Assembly: GCA_951406725.2 (NCBI GenBank)
Contig: OX597823.1
Coordinates: 94,860,001 to 94,924,000 of the forward strand
From: Octopus vulgaris
Lineage: Eukaryota
Reading direction: 5' to 3'
DNA: 64,000 nucleotides
Under the pieces are notes generated by a model that saw only the letters and a program-made list of their open reading frames with translations, did no database searches and had not been told where the DNA came from. Position 1 is the stretch's first letter, and each line of letters begins with the position of its first letter. This document shows, piece by piece, positions 39,029 through 52,900 of the stretch. A program made the position numbers and the translations under genes.

Positions 39029-42000
39029 TGTTCCCCAACATCACTTGACAACCGATGGTGGTGTGTTTACGTCCCTGTAACTTAGTGGTTCAGCAAAAGA
39101 GACCGATAGAATAAGTACTAGGCTTACAAAGAATAAGCTCTGAGGTCAATTTGCTTGACTAAAGGCAGTACTCCAGTATGGCTGCAGTCAAATGACTGAA
39201 ATGAGTAAACTTGATGGAAATAGAAAAAAAAAAAAAAAAGAAACCCCCTAAATTTATGCTAGGTTAGAAAATTAGTGTAACTGCATCAGAAGCACTACTA
39301 CAAATTCTACTACCACCTACACTACTGCAGTTACTATACTAATCCCATTACTATTGCTACTACCTCCAACATGACCACCACCACCACTAGTACCATTACT
39401 GTTGTTACTTCTACTACTATTAAGCTCTAACCCCACCCTTGTTGCTACTCTGATTAATACCACCACCATCACCACCTCCACCGCTACCACCCTGCTGAAA
39501 GCTCTCCCAAGATGTTCTGGGATCATTAAGTTACTCACGGGATCTGCAAACTCTGGTTGTTCAGGGTAAGCATTGAATGCTGCTTGCTCACTCGTAGAAA
39601 ACAAATGGATGTAACCTTCAAATAAATAGAAAAAAAATATATATACACACAGGTTTTATTTACAAATTTAACAAATTTTTTACTACTGCTTCTACTGCAT
39701 ACTAATTTAGTTAGCAGGTATTTTATCTTGATAAAAGGCGGCGAGCTGGCAGAAATGCTTAGCGGTATTTTGTCTGCTGCTACGTTCTGAGTTCAAATTC
39801 AGCCGGGGTCAACTTTGCCTTTCATCCTTTTGGGGTCGATTAAATAAGTACCAGTTACGCACTGGGGTTAATATAATCGCCTTAATCCGTTTGTCTGTCC
39901 TTGTTTGTCCTCTCTGTGTTTAGCCCCTTGTAGGTAGTAAAGAAATAGATATTTTATCTAGATGTTTGGTGCTCAAATCTCCAGAATCTTCCTTAGGATT
40001 CTTACAGAAGATAGGATGGTGCTTTTCTGCAGGTCAACAACTCTAGTTTCAGTTCCAATCTCTTTCAGTCTTTTAGATAGCATTTGGTGCCAAGTGAACC
40101 AATTCCTACAGGAATAATTGTTGTCTTCATCTTCCACAGACTCTTCATCTCTCTGGTTAAATCCTGATATTTCTCATTTTTTTCTTTTACCATTTCTTCA
40201 GTATCAACTCTGCTATCAAAGGGAATTGCAAAATCTATCATCTTAAACTATGTTTATTTTTGTCCCCTAAGACCATATTATTATTATTATTATTATTATT
40301 ATTGTTGTTGTTGTTGTTATTTAAGGCGGTGAGATGGAGGAAACATTAGCACACCGGACAAAATGCATAGTGGCATTTCGTCCATCTTTACATTCTGAGT
40401 TCAAATTCCACCGAGGTCGACTTTGCCTTTTATCTTTTCGGGGTTGATAAATTAAGTACCAGTTATGCACTGGAATTGATAAAATCGACTAGTCTCCCCA
40501 CCCCCAAATTTCAGGCCTTGTGCCTATGGTAGGAAGGATTATTATTTATACTCTCACCAAGCTCACAGCCATTGCCCTCGTTTCTACTCCCTCTCTCAGA
40601 TGAAAGGTCTTTGTTTTGCAAGCCACTTGGTAACCCCCACTGGTGCCACTTGAAAAGCACCCAGTCCACTCTGTAATGTCGATGGCATTAGGAAGTGCAT
40701 CCAGTAATAGAAACCATGCCAAAAGAGACAACTGGAGCCGGGTGCAGCCCTCTAGTCTTGCCAGCCTCTCTCAAACCATTCCAACCAATGCTAGTAAGGA
40801 AAACAGACATCGAATGATGATGATGATGTTTTGCTTGTTCGTTTTTTTCTTTCTATCATCATCATCATCATCTTTGAATGTTTCCCTTCCATGCTGGCAT
40901 GAGTTGGATGGTTTCACAAGAGCCAGCCAAGCAGAAGCCTGCAACAGGCTTCTGTGACTGTTTTGGCAGGATTTTTACAGCTGGATGCCGTTCCTAATAC
41001 CAACTGCTCAGAAGAGTGGACTTAATGGTTTTTACATATGTAAACACCCCCCCCCCCACACACACACAACACTAATCATATGAATCCCTTGAGCCTAAAA
41101 AAAAACAAAGGTCAATAACTAACAACTCACCAGTGCTGTCTCCGAAAGCCATGGACTGACATGTAGGAGACACATCAAAACTCATTAAAACACCTCCTTG
41201 AGTATCCACTTGGTACAGCATCATGGAGCCAGGAGCCATTGTTGTAGTATCCAGCACTTGAAAATGACCAACCTGCAAGAAACAGACCATTGGAAATTAC
41301 TACTGAATTTTTATAATACAGTTAGAGGGGGAGGCATGAAACAGGAGATGGTTGGGTGGACCAGGAAGGAAAAGGTTAGCAGGTTGTAGTTTGTCTCAGG
41401 TATGACACTACCTTGTGTGTGCATGCAAGTGTGTGTGTGTGTGTGTGTGTATGTGTATACATCAGTGTAGAATGGTCTCTTTACCTCAAATAGTAACTTA
41501 GCCATATCGTTTAACGTCCGCTTTCCATGCTAGCATGGGTTGGACGATTTTGACTGAGGACTAGCGAACCAGATGGCTGCACCAGGCTCCAATCTTGATT
41601 TGGCAGAGTTTCTACAGCTGGATGCCCTTCCTAACACCAACCACTCAGAGAGTGTAGTGGGTACTTTTTACGTGCCACCGGCACAGGGGCCAGTCAGGCG
41701 GTACTGGCAATGACCTCGCTCGAATCTTTTTATAGGTGCGACAAATAGAAACTGATAAAACAAGAACAAAAGTGAAGTAAGTAGTGAGGTCAAATATGGT
41801 CAATTGGAATCCTTGGAAGGTTTCCAAATGACCAGATTTCACTCCAGATTTCATTTCATGTCAATGAGTGAGAGCAGTTGAAGAATACAAGAAAAGTTCT
41901 TGGCAGAAATCTTTGTCTCAGTCTAAAGTGAGATGTCAAAATATGATGGACTTACTTGTGAAACAACACACAGTTTGTTTGGATAAGCTGGTAAGAAGCG

Positions 42001-45000
42001 GAGGAATGCTGGGTCTATAACAACTTTTATTGGTGCCATGGCTCTGATGAAACGTAGATCATACACCATGAGAAAACGGTCAGGTGCCAAGTTGCCCATT
42101 CTGAGGAATAAAATAAATACATAAATAAATGTGGTTTAGAGAAGGCAATATCATTTCTCTCTCTGTTCCAAAGAAGACAAATGTTGAAATATAATGAAGT
42201 TCAGTAAAAGCAATAGAATATCTTACATTTAACCCTTTCGTTTTTGAGATGCTCTGTGTTTCTTTCAACTAATTTTAAACATAACAAAGAATTTAGTAAA
42301 ATAACTTAGTTATCATTAAGCTAGTGTTAGGAACATAAACTGTGACTAAGGCTTGGTGGAAGATTTTAATTCAAAACTTATGAAAACAAGACGTTTGTAC
42401 TCAGAGCCAGAGCCGGTTTCAGCCAGGTTGGTAACGAAAGGGTTAAACTGACCCAAATTTTCTACCCTTTTTATTTCCAAACCAAGTTGGGTCTGGTCTC
42501 TCACACCTACCCAACAATGTCATTCTAAAAATAAACAATTACATCCTTGAAATATCAAAGCTATGAGGTAATGCATGACTAATTCGAAAACAGTAGGAAG
42601 AAATAAGAAGAATATTTACAGAGCAATCTGAAACGCTGAAGGGTAAAATATTCAATGCACTTCATAAACTGAGAAGTGCCCAGCAAAGTCATAATGACTG
42701 TAAGTTGATGAATGAACTGAGAAGGAGAGAGAGAGAGAGAGGTTTACCTGTTGGAATAACCACAGGTAACCAATAGGTTACCATTGATATCAAAATCTGA
42801 TAAAGTTCCAGTATGGGCTTCAAGGACATGTTCAGCATTAAGAGTTTTATGATCGTAAAGTGTCAGCTGAAATGTAAGAGATACAGAAGTGTTTACGGAT
42901 TGACAGGTTGGAAGATCAAATCACAGATGAATCAAATACCCTAATGTAATTAAATATTGTACAATTTTTAAGATAAGAATTAAGACAACTTTATTTGGAG
43001 TTTCAAGTGTAGAGGAGAGTCCAGTTGCAGACAGCTGAGCCTAGAATGTGTAAATCTAATATCTAGAACACTGGTTCTTAACCATTTTTGCTCTATGGAC
43101 CCTTCTGATTCCTATTTAACTCAGAGGGAACCTCATAGCCATTCCATGTTTAAAAGAAACCTCATTGTGTAACATCCGCTTTCCATGCTGGCATGGGTTG
43201 GACGGTTTGACTGCAAACCCAAACTGCAGCTCATATAAACTGTTTCTCTCCCTAATTAGTTGGGCTATGACCCTCTCCGTGACCTTCATTACCTGATCCA
43301 ACAACTTGATACCTCAGTAATTATTTGTATCTAAAACGTCACCTTTACCTTTGTAGCAGTTGACTATGGTGCTGCTACACCAGTCATTGGGTATGACTCC
43401 TTCATGTATCACCTGGTTAACTATACGGGTGACAAGGCTATAGCCAACACTGCCACACACACATGCACACACATATATATGTGTGTGCATGTGTGTATGT
43501 AAATATATACATATATGATGGACGTCTTCCAGTTTCTGTCTACCAAATCCACTCCAAGATTTTGTTCAGCCCAAGGACACTTGCCCAAGGTACTATGAAG
43601 TAGAACTGAACCTAGAACCATGTGGGTGGGAAGCAAACTGCTTACTGGATTATTACAGGTGGAAAACCTCTGGTCATAGGTCTGTTTGATCAGCCACGTC
43701 TGCACCTATAAGCTTGGTAACAAAAATAAGGGATAACCCCATACATTACAAAAAAAACCCTCCTCCTTTTCCTGTTGGATGAAGCAGTGGGGCATTTTGG
43801 CAGTCAGAAAAGTGAGTTCAATTCCAGTTGGTGGAAGAGCAACCAATCTGGCTTTTATGCCTTCATAAAATGTTGATCTACAAAGAGACGAGCATGTCCA
43901 CTTAAATGTAGGGCCTTGTTAGGTGCTAAATGTAATGATAGGCTCAGCAATAACTCAGCGAGTTAGATAAATACTGTTTCACGTGAATAAACTACAAATG
44001 TTTATAACAAATCAACACAGAAGCATTTATATGTTTGCTTGATCTGTTAAAAATAGCAACCGAATATACCCCAAGTATAATCAGTGAGGCACCATGAATG
44101 ACAAGCTCAGTAAAGCCCATCCAATGGTCTTCCATACAGTTTCTGTCTCAACCAATTTCACTCACAAAGCTTGGCTCAACCCAATATTTCCTTCTGGCCA
44201 CCCTAAATGACTGGATTATTACAGGTGGAGAACCTCTGGTCATAGGTTTGTTTGATCAGGGTGAATCAAAGACAAAACAACAACTATAATAATAATAATA
44301 ATCATAATAATAATGATGATGATGATGATAAAGATCCCTGGCTTACCATCTATGCAGGAAATGCAAAAAATTGTATTAATTGGTACGTCATTGTCGTGAA
44401 TTTTCTTTCCTTTTCCCCCCACACTTTAGTTTATTTGTTTACTTTTTTTATATTTTTCTCTCTGTCCTTCTCCTTTTGTCTATAACATGACTTTGCAAAT
44501 GAACAATCTGGTGTGTTTATTTTAATGGCCTACCAAATGTATACAGTACGTTTCTCTGCCCTAGATGTTATGAAGACACTTGGCAAGCAATGGAAACAGA
44601 ATTAAAAGAAGATGCTAATGAAAATAATAATAGGAATAAATATAATAATAATAATCCTTTCTATTATAGGTACAAAGCCTGCAATTTTGTGGGAGAAGGA
44701 CAGTCTATTAAACTGATCCCAAAACGATGAAAGTTGACCATAGTGGAATTTGAACTCAGAACGTAAAGACAGATGAAATGCCGCTGAGCAGTTCGTCCAG
44801 TGTGGTAATGATTCTGCCAGTTCACAACCTTCAAATTATTATTATTATTATTATCAATTAAGGTGGTGAACCAGCAGAATCGTTAGCATGCCGGGTGAAA
44901 TGCTTAGTGGCTTTTCGTCTGTCTGCATGCTCTGAGTTCAAGTTCCACCAAGGTCAACTTTGCCTTTCATCTTTTTTGAGGTTGATAAAATAAGTACCAG

Positions 45001-48000
45001 TTAAACACTGGGGGTCGATTAAATCGACCCCCGCCTCCCACCAAATTTCAGGCCTTGTGCCTATAGTGGAAAGGATTATTATTATCATTGATAATAATAC
45101 ATCTTCTCAATGGAGATTTAGTTCTGACAAAATGGGGCCAATGCTTGTAAGTTTTGTTACTGACGTATACAGAAAAAGGGCAGAAATGACATACCTTGCC
45201 ACTAATATCTCCAGCACAAATGAACTTGTTTGAAGCCCTGAATATAGCACAGCCAGGTTCATCAACATCAACCTATAACAGAAAGAAAACATCAAAACTT
45301 AGAGGAATAAGAGGGGTATGAGTTTACCAGGGTTAATTAGGGGTCACTTTGTAGTGGTGAGAAAGCTAAATCACTTTTGGTCAAGTCTCCACTGGTTATA
45401 AGAAATTTCATCATAAAAATTTTTGCTGTAGAGAAATTCATCATAAAGAATTTCATTTTAAATGTCCTCATCACATTTTTTTCAAGTTTGATGTTGAATA
45501 AAGAATTGTCTATTGAATTCTTTCATAAAACTTTTTTATATCAGTTTTTGTTTTTCTTTAAAAAAATGCTGATATAATACACTTCAAGCGAATTTTCTTG
45601 ATGAATTTTCGGGACAAAGTCTCTGCTATCTTTAATCCTTTAGCATTCAGGTCACTCGGTCACATGTAATGCTTAGACATTTATATCATCTTCATCATCG
45701 TTTAACGTCCGGTTTTCCATGCTGGCATGGGTTGGACGGTTTGACTGGAGACTGGCAAGCCAGAAGGCTGAACCAGGCTCCAATCTGATCTGGCAAGGTT
45801 TCTACAGCTGGATGCCTTTCCTAACGCCAACCACTCCGAGAGTGTAGTGGGTGCTTCTTACATGTTGAATTAATTATGCATTATTTTGTAGCTTCAAGTT
45901 TCAATGATGCGATAGTTTATTTTTAGAATGAACATTGTAGGGTAGGTGTGAGAGGCTAGATCTAGTCTGTTTGAACAGAAAACAATATTTTAGCTGAATA
46001 TTAACAGTTTAAATACTAAATAGCTCAAATGAGGAATGTGTGATAAAAAAAAGAATGTAGTAATGTTGCTGCCATCTTTAAAATAAGAATTATATAACAA
46101 TTAGACAACCTAAATTAACACCACCACTCTTTAATCTCTTTCTCATTCCCTCAATCCCTCCAATGTGAATAGCCATGTGGCCCCTTTAATACAAGAAACC
46201 TGTTCTGCTCTGACCCCTTCTCTCATATTTTAATCCCGCCAAACCTAAAACCACTTCTCACAGGGTTCACAGTTTTGCAAATGACATAGTGACCTCACTA
46301 GTGCTGGTGCCATGGAAAAAAAGGCATTCAAAACACTCTGTAAAGTGTTTGGTGTTAGGAAGAGAATCCAGCCTATAGAAACCATGTTTAAGCAGATACT
46401 GGACCATAATACAGTCCTTCAGCTTTTGAACCATCCAACCCATGCCAGTATGGGACATGGATGTAAAGTGACGATGATGATTAATTATCGTATCATTGAT
46501 AGTAATTTTATTGACTCAGGTGTGTTGAGAGGCTTGTATCCATGTCATATTTGAACCAGTAACTTAAGGTTCAAAACTAAGGAATTTTCACTAGAAAAGA
46601 AATTACTCACCTCTCTGGTCTTTTGTAACTTATTGAGGTCAAGCTCAATGACTTTGGTCTGGTGACCACCCATTAACACTGTCTCTGGACTGGTCATTAA
46701 GATACACTGCATGTCTTCCATATATTCGTCACTGAAAATAAATGGAATTGAAAAAAAGAAATAAAAAGATAAGAAAAAAGGAAAACAACCATGTTTAAAT
46801 TTAATTAAAAATAACGATCTCTAAATAGGAATCATGGCTAGAATTTGAGGGAAGAGGAATGGTTAATTAAATTAATCACAATACATTACATAATTACAGA
46901 GTTACTTAATTGACAGAGGCAGGAAGAATTGCAAAGCTGACGCCAGAGAAATTTTGGACTCGGAGCAAAGAGAAGTCAAACTAAGTGCCACAAAGTAGTT
47001 TAGTCAGGTCAGCTTTAGTAGTTACCTCAATGGCAGAGGAGGGTCATCACATTTCTCTCTCTGAACTATTCATTAATGCTCATGAAGTAACGAATCCATT
47101 TAGGAACATTTACATAACGACAACGATGACCTGGTTCTCATAGCATAATCTATCACAGAGCTACAGGAAAGATTTCAAACTGTGAACACTGATCCAGAGG
47201 GAAGAACTCTAAAAGTTTAACACAGCATATACCAAAGTGCTTGTTAGTAACAGAGAACACAATATGGGTGTCATCTAGAAAGTGCCCTTGCTGAATAAGC
47301 AGGAAAGGTTAAAAATAGATGTGGCGGTGTGGTTAAAAAGTTGGCTTCTGCACCACATGGTTTTGGGTTCAGTCCCACTGCATGGCACCTTGAGCAAGTG
47401 TCTTCTATGACGTCCCCAGAGGACCAAAGCCATGTGAGTAGATTTGGCATATGGAAACTGAAAGAAGTCTGTTGTACATACATACATATATATACTTGGA
47501 GGCGCAATGGCCCAGTGGTTAGGGCAGTGGACTTGTGGTCATAGGGTTATGGTTTTGATTCCCAGACTGAGCTTTGTGAGTTTATTGAGCAAAAACACCT
47601 AAAGCTCCATGAGTCTCCGGTAGGGAGTGGTGGCAAACCCTGTTGTACTCTTTCACCACAACTTTCTCTCACACTTTCTTCCTGTTTCTCTTGTACCTGG
47701 ATTACAAAGGGCCAGTCTTGTCACATTCTGTGTCATGCTGAATCTCCCCCAAGAACTACGTTAGGGGTACATGTGTCTGTGGGGTGCTGTAGATATATAT
47801 ATATATATATATATATATGTGCCCATCCACCAAATATACCAGTCAGACAGTAAAATCAAATTGCAATGATAATTGAACACTTGTGTTACAAAGAGGAGCA
47901 GTGTATTTCTGTTGAAATACACTGCCTTTGTTGCAATAAATTTTGAAATTAATGAAGAATTTAGTAAAATGACTGTCATTATTAAGTTGGCATTTAAGGA

Positions 48001-49940
48001 AGCAAGCTAGCAGAAGCACATGGGGGGAAATGCTTGCTGGCATTCTACCTGTCTTCTTGTTCTATGTTCAAATTCTACCAAGAGACAACTTTGCTTTTCA
48101 ACCTTTCAGAGTTGATAAAATAAGAACTAGTCAAGCACTCATGTTTGATTTAATCAACCATCTTCCCCACTACCAAAAGATGTCAGGCCTTTGTGCCCAT
48201 AGTAGCAAGAATTATGAAACTGGTGTTAATGGCAGAAAGCTTAGCAGCATTTCATCTGGAGTAAAGATTGTTTGCCAACATAACATGGCAGTTCTGGTTT
48301 AGGACGAATGTTGCTGTAATTTAGCCCCAGGAAACATTGTTTCCAGCTGGCTATATGACACAATCTGTGTCCTTATATTTTCGAACAAGGGAATCCTAGC
48401 ACCCCTACTCAGCTCAAAACAATATCTGTGTATCACGAGCGGGGGTGCTAGATTGCCTTGTTCGAAAATATAAGGACACAGATCGTGTCGTATAACCAGC
48501 TGGAGGCAATGTCTCCTGGGGTTAAATTACAGCAACATTTGTCCCAAACCAGGACTGCTATGTTATGTTGGCAAACAATCTTTACTCCAAAGTATTGTTG
48601 CTGAATATCTCTTGTTGTAAGATTTACAAATAGTAATTTTCTAATTTATAGATCAGTGACTAGTTGTCACTTTGAAAACTGTATATTCCGAATGGTAATT
48701 TGGCAGCACCATCTCTAGCCGAACAATTATTCTGTGCTGATGAAGGGAAACAACCTGGAAATCGTGATACACAGATATTGTTTTGAGCTGAGTGTGGGTG
48801 CTAGATTCCCTTGTTTGAAAATATAAGGACACAGATCATGTCGTATAGCCAGCTGGAGGCAATGTCTCCTGGGGCTAAATTACAACAACATTTGTCCTAA
48901 ACCAAGACTGCCATGTTATGTTGGCAAACAATCTTTACTCCAAAGATGTAATTATACATTGCTGAATATCTCTCTGTCAAGGTCAACTTTGCCTTTCGAG
49001 GTCAATAGAATAAGAACAAGTTGGGTACTATGGCTGATGTATTTGACTAATTCGCTCAGTAAAAAATCTTAGACCTTGTGCCTATGGCAGAAACGATTGT
49101 TAAGCTGGTGTTTGGAACATTAATTAACATGAAATTTTGATGGATGGTTTTAATTTAGATAAGTGGTTCCCAAACTTTTCCAGCTGTCACCCCCTTGGTA
49201 CCTGGGCCACATTCTTAGTGCCCCTCCCACTCCATTCACCACCACAAATGCAGACCACTAACTAAAACAAATTCAAAACAACTGTATTTCACAAACTGAA
49301 CCTAATGAACCCATTATTTTGTTGTTTTTACATCCATTGCCCCTTTTTTTGGCTATCCCATTTTTCTTCAAGCCCCCTGGATCTTTCCAACGCTCCCAGG
49401 GAGGGTGGCAGTACCACCCACTTTGGGAACCACTGATTTAGATAACTTTAAAACAGAAAGTTGGCATGACAGATCCAGATGCAGCTGCAGGTGGGTTGGT
49501 GTAAAAAGGGGTAAGAAAAAGGGTCCACACACATGTAGTCAAACTGCTTCAGTCCTGTTCTCATTGAACATCTCAGATTATTTCGGGTAAGGTAGAGACA
49601 GCCTGTATCCATAGATAGAATCTGACGAATTTCATCTGTTGAATGAACTTGAAAGGAAGTGTATTTCTCAAGCCCAGCACCATAGTAAGATGTGACATGA
49701 CCCTGGAGAAAGAAAAGAAAAAGGAAAATGAATCTGAGGTAAGGGGAAAGACAAATACATTTATTTTATTTTATTTTTTTTTACTTGTTTTAGTCATTTG
49801 ACTGTGACCTTGGGACTTATTCTTTGTAAGCCTAGGACTTATTGACCTCTTTTGGCAAACCGCTAAGCTATGGGGACGTAAACACACCAGCATCGGTTGT
49901 CAAGCGATGGTTGGGGGACAAGCACAGACACACACATGCA

Positions 49941-49996
<56 letters not shown>

Positions 49997-52900
49997 ATCA
50001 TCATCGTCATCGTTTAACGTCCGTTTTCCATGCTAGCATGGGTTGGATGGTTTGACCAGGGTCTGGGAAGCCAGGAGGCTGCACCAGGTTCCAGTCTGAT
50101 CTGGCAGTGTTTCTACAGCTGGATGCCCTTCCTAATGCCAACCACTCCGTGAGTGTAGTGGGTGCTTTTTATGTGCCACCGGCACATATATATACATACA
50201 CACACGAATGTGGCTGATGCTAGTACCCACTGACTGGCTCCCATGCTGGTGGCACATAAAAAACACAATCCGAATGTGGCTGATGCCAGTACTCCCTGGT
50301 TGGCTCCCATGCCGGTGCCACATAAAAAGCACTATTTGAACGTAATCAATGCCAAGTCCGCCTGACTGACTCCTGTGCTGGTGGCATGTAAAAAGCACCC
50401 ACTACACTCTCAGAGTGGCTGGCATTAGGAAGGGCATCCAGCTGTAGAAACATTGTCAGATCAGATTGGAGCCTGGATCAGCCGCTGACTCTCCAGACCT
50501 CAGTCAAACTGTCCAGTCCATGCTAGCATGGAAAAATGGACATTTAACGATGATGATGATGATGACGAAAACGGGCTTCTTTCAGAACATAACGACAGAT
50601 GAAATACTGCTAAGCATTTCATCCAGCATGCTAACGATTCTGCCATCACATCACCTTTTTAATAATAATAATAATAATCCTTTCTACTATTGGCACAAGG
50701 CCTGAAATTTTGAGGGGAAGAGTTAAGTCTATTACATTACCTGCCAGTGCTCAACTAGTAATTATTGAATTGATCCCAAAAGCTTTGGGCTGAGCCAAGC
50801 TTTGCAAAGGAAATTTAGTTTGATAGAAAACCCATTGGAGTGGCTGTACTGATTCTGTTGCACCTGATGTCTCACCGATTATTTTGAAGGGTTGTAGAAC
50901 CACCTTTGTACAAGGTAGAGTGGCTATAATCTGGAATTACTTCAGCTGATTAAACAACTGGAACAGTTATGTATATATAAACAGATAATATTTACATATT
51001 GATAACACACATGTGCTTGTGTGTATATGTTTTTTTTTTTTACTATCCACAAGGGGCTAAACACAGGAGACAAACAAGGACAGACAAACGGATTAAGTCG
51101 ATTACATAGACTCCAGTGCGTAACTGGTACTAATTTATCGACTCCGAAAGGATGAAAGGCAAAGTCAACCTCGGCAGAATTTGAACTCAGAACGCAGCAG
51201 CAGACGAAATACCGCAAAGCATTTCGCCCAGCGTGCTAACGTTTCTGCCAGGTCGCATGTGTGAAATTTTGAGTACATCAGAAGAAATGTTATCAGCACT
51301 TTTTATGTTTTAGCACAAAGCATTCACACTCAAGCCTTGTGAAAATGTGTAGAATAGACTACATGGCCTCTCTCTCTCACTCTCTATCTGTCTGTCTGTC
51401 TCTCTCTCTTTCTCTCCCCTGCCCCCAGTATAAACCAAAGAACAACTTGACATGTTACACTTGGTTATTGCCAGCTCATCAGGAGTATCTGCTTTGGCTG
51501 CCAGTTGGTATCATCTCTTTATTGTTTACACTAGTTTTGCTTTTCAAAAGGTTTTCACAAAAAAGCTTCCAAGTGCAGGCATGGCTGTGGTAAGAAGCTT
51601 GCTTCCCAACCACATAGTTCCGGGTTCAGTCCCACTGTGTGGCACCTTGGGCAAGTGTCTTCTACTATAGCATCGGGGTTGATAAAATTAGTACCAATTA
51701 TGCACTGGGGTCAATGTAATCGACTTAATCCCTTCCGCCAAATTCGAGGCCTTGTGCTTCCAGTAAAAAGGATATTATTATTATCATTAAAGGCAGTGAG
51801 CCGTAAAAATCATTAACATGTCAGACAAAATTCTCGGCGGCTTTTCACCGGTTTTTACATTCTGAGTTTAAATGCCACTGAGGTCAACTTTGCTTTTTTT
51901 CTCCTTTTGAGGTCAAAGCAGAGAAGGGTTTTGTGCCAGCAGTAGTTGAGTACCAGTCAGATGGTCCTAAGTGTGTGTGTGTGAATTTGCACACTTTGTT
52001 TGTATCTCTTTGTTTTGACATTGTACAACAGTTGTAAACAAGTGTCACCAGCATTCAGTGTTGTTCATTTTCAATCTTTTGAGAAATAGGCACAGGAGAG
52101 GCCGTGTGGTAAGAACTTTGCTTCTAAATGACATGGTTCCAAGTTCAGTTCCACTGCATAGCACCTTGCCCAAATGTCTTCTACTATGTTCTTGGGCCGA
52201 CTAAAGCCTTGTGAGGAGACTTAGAAGATGGAAACTGAAAGAACTTTCTATATATATGTTTGCATGTCTTTCTGTCTGTGTTTGTCTCCCACCACCACTT
52301 GACAACTGGTGTTGGTGTGTTTACGTCCCCCCATTACTTAGCAGTTCAACAAAAGAGATCAACAGAATAAGTACTAGGCTTTAAAAAAAAAGGGAGAAAG
52401 TATTGGGGTCAATTCATTTGACTAAAATTCTTCAGGGCAGTGCCCCAGCATGGCCACAGTCCAAAGATAAACCATATCAGGCCACAGGGAAACATGACCT
52501 TGCTTGCAAACAGGTGAGGAGTAGTGACAGGAAGAGCATCCAACCCTAGGAAATCTGCCTCTACAAATCCTGTCTGACCCATGCAAGCATGGAAAATCAT
52601 CATCATCATCATTTAACGTCCGCTTTCCATGCTAGCATGGGTTGGACGGTTCGAATGGGGTTTAGGAAGCCAGGAGGCTGCACCAGGCCCAGTCTGATCT
52701 GGAAGTGTTTCTACAGCTGGATGCCCTTCCTAATGCCAACCACTCCGTGAGTGTAGTGGGTGCTTTTTACATGCCAGGCGAGGCTGGCATCGGCCACGAT
52801 CGGTTGGTGCTTTTTACGTGCCACCGGCACGGAGGCCAGCCGGGGCAGCACTGGCATCACAACTACAATTTCCATTGATTTTTGAGCGATTTCGATTTTG

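Noticed and set aside
39300-39495. (CTA/CCA)n-rich tract extending the exon 8 ORF ([12 protein letters not shown])
   Set aside because: Low-complexity intronic sequence after a canonical GTGAGT donor; exon 9 continues the conserved protein
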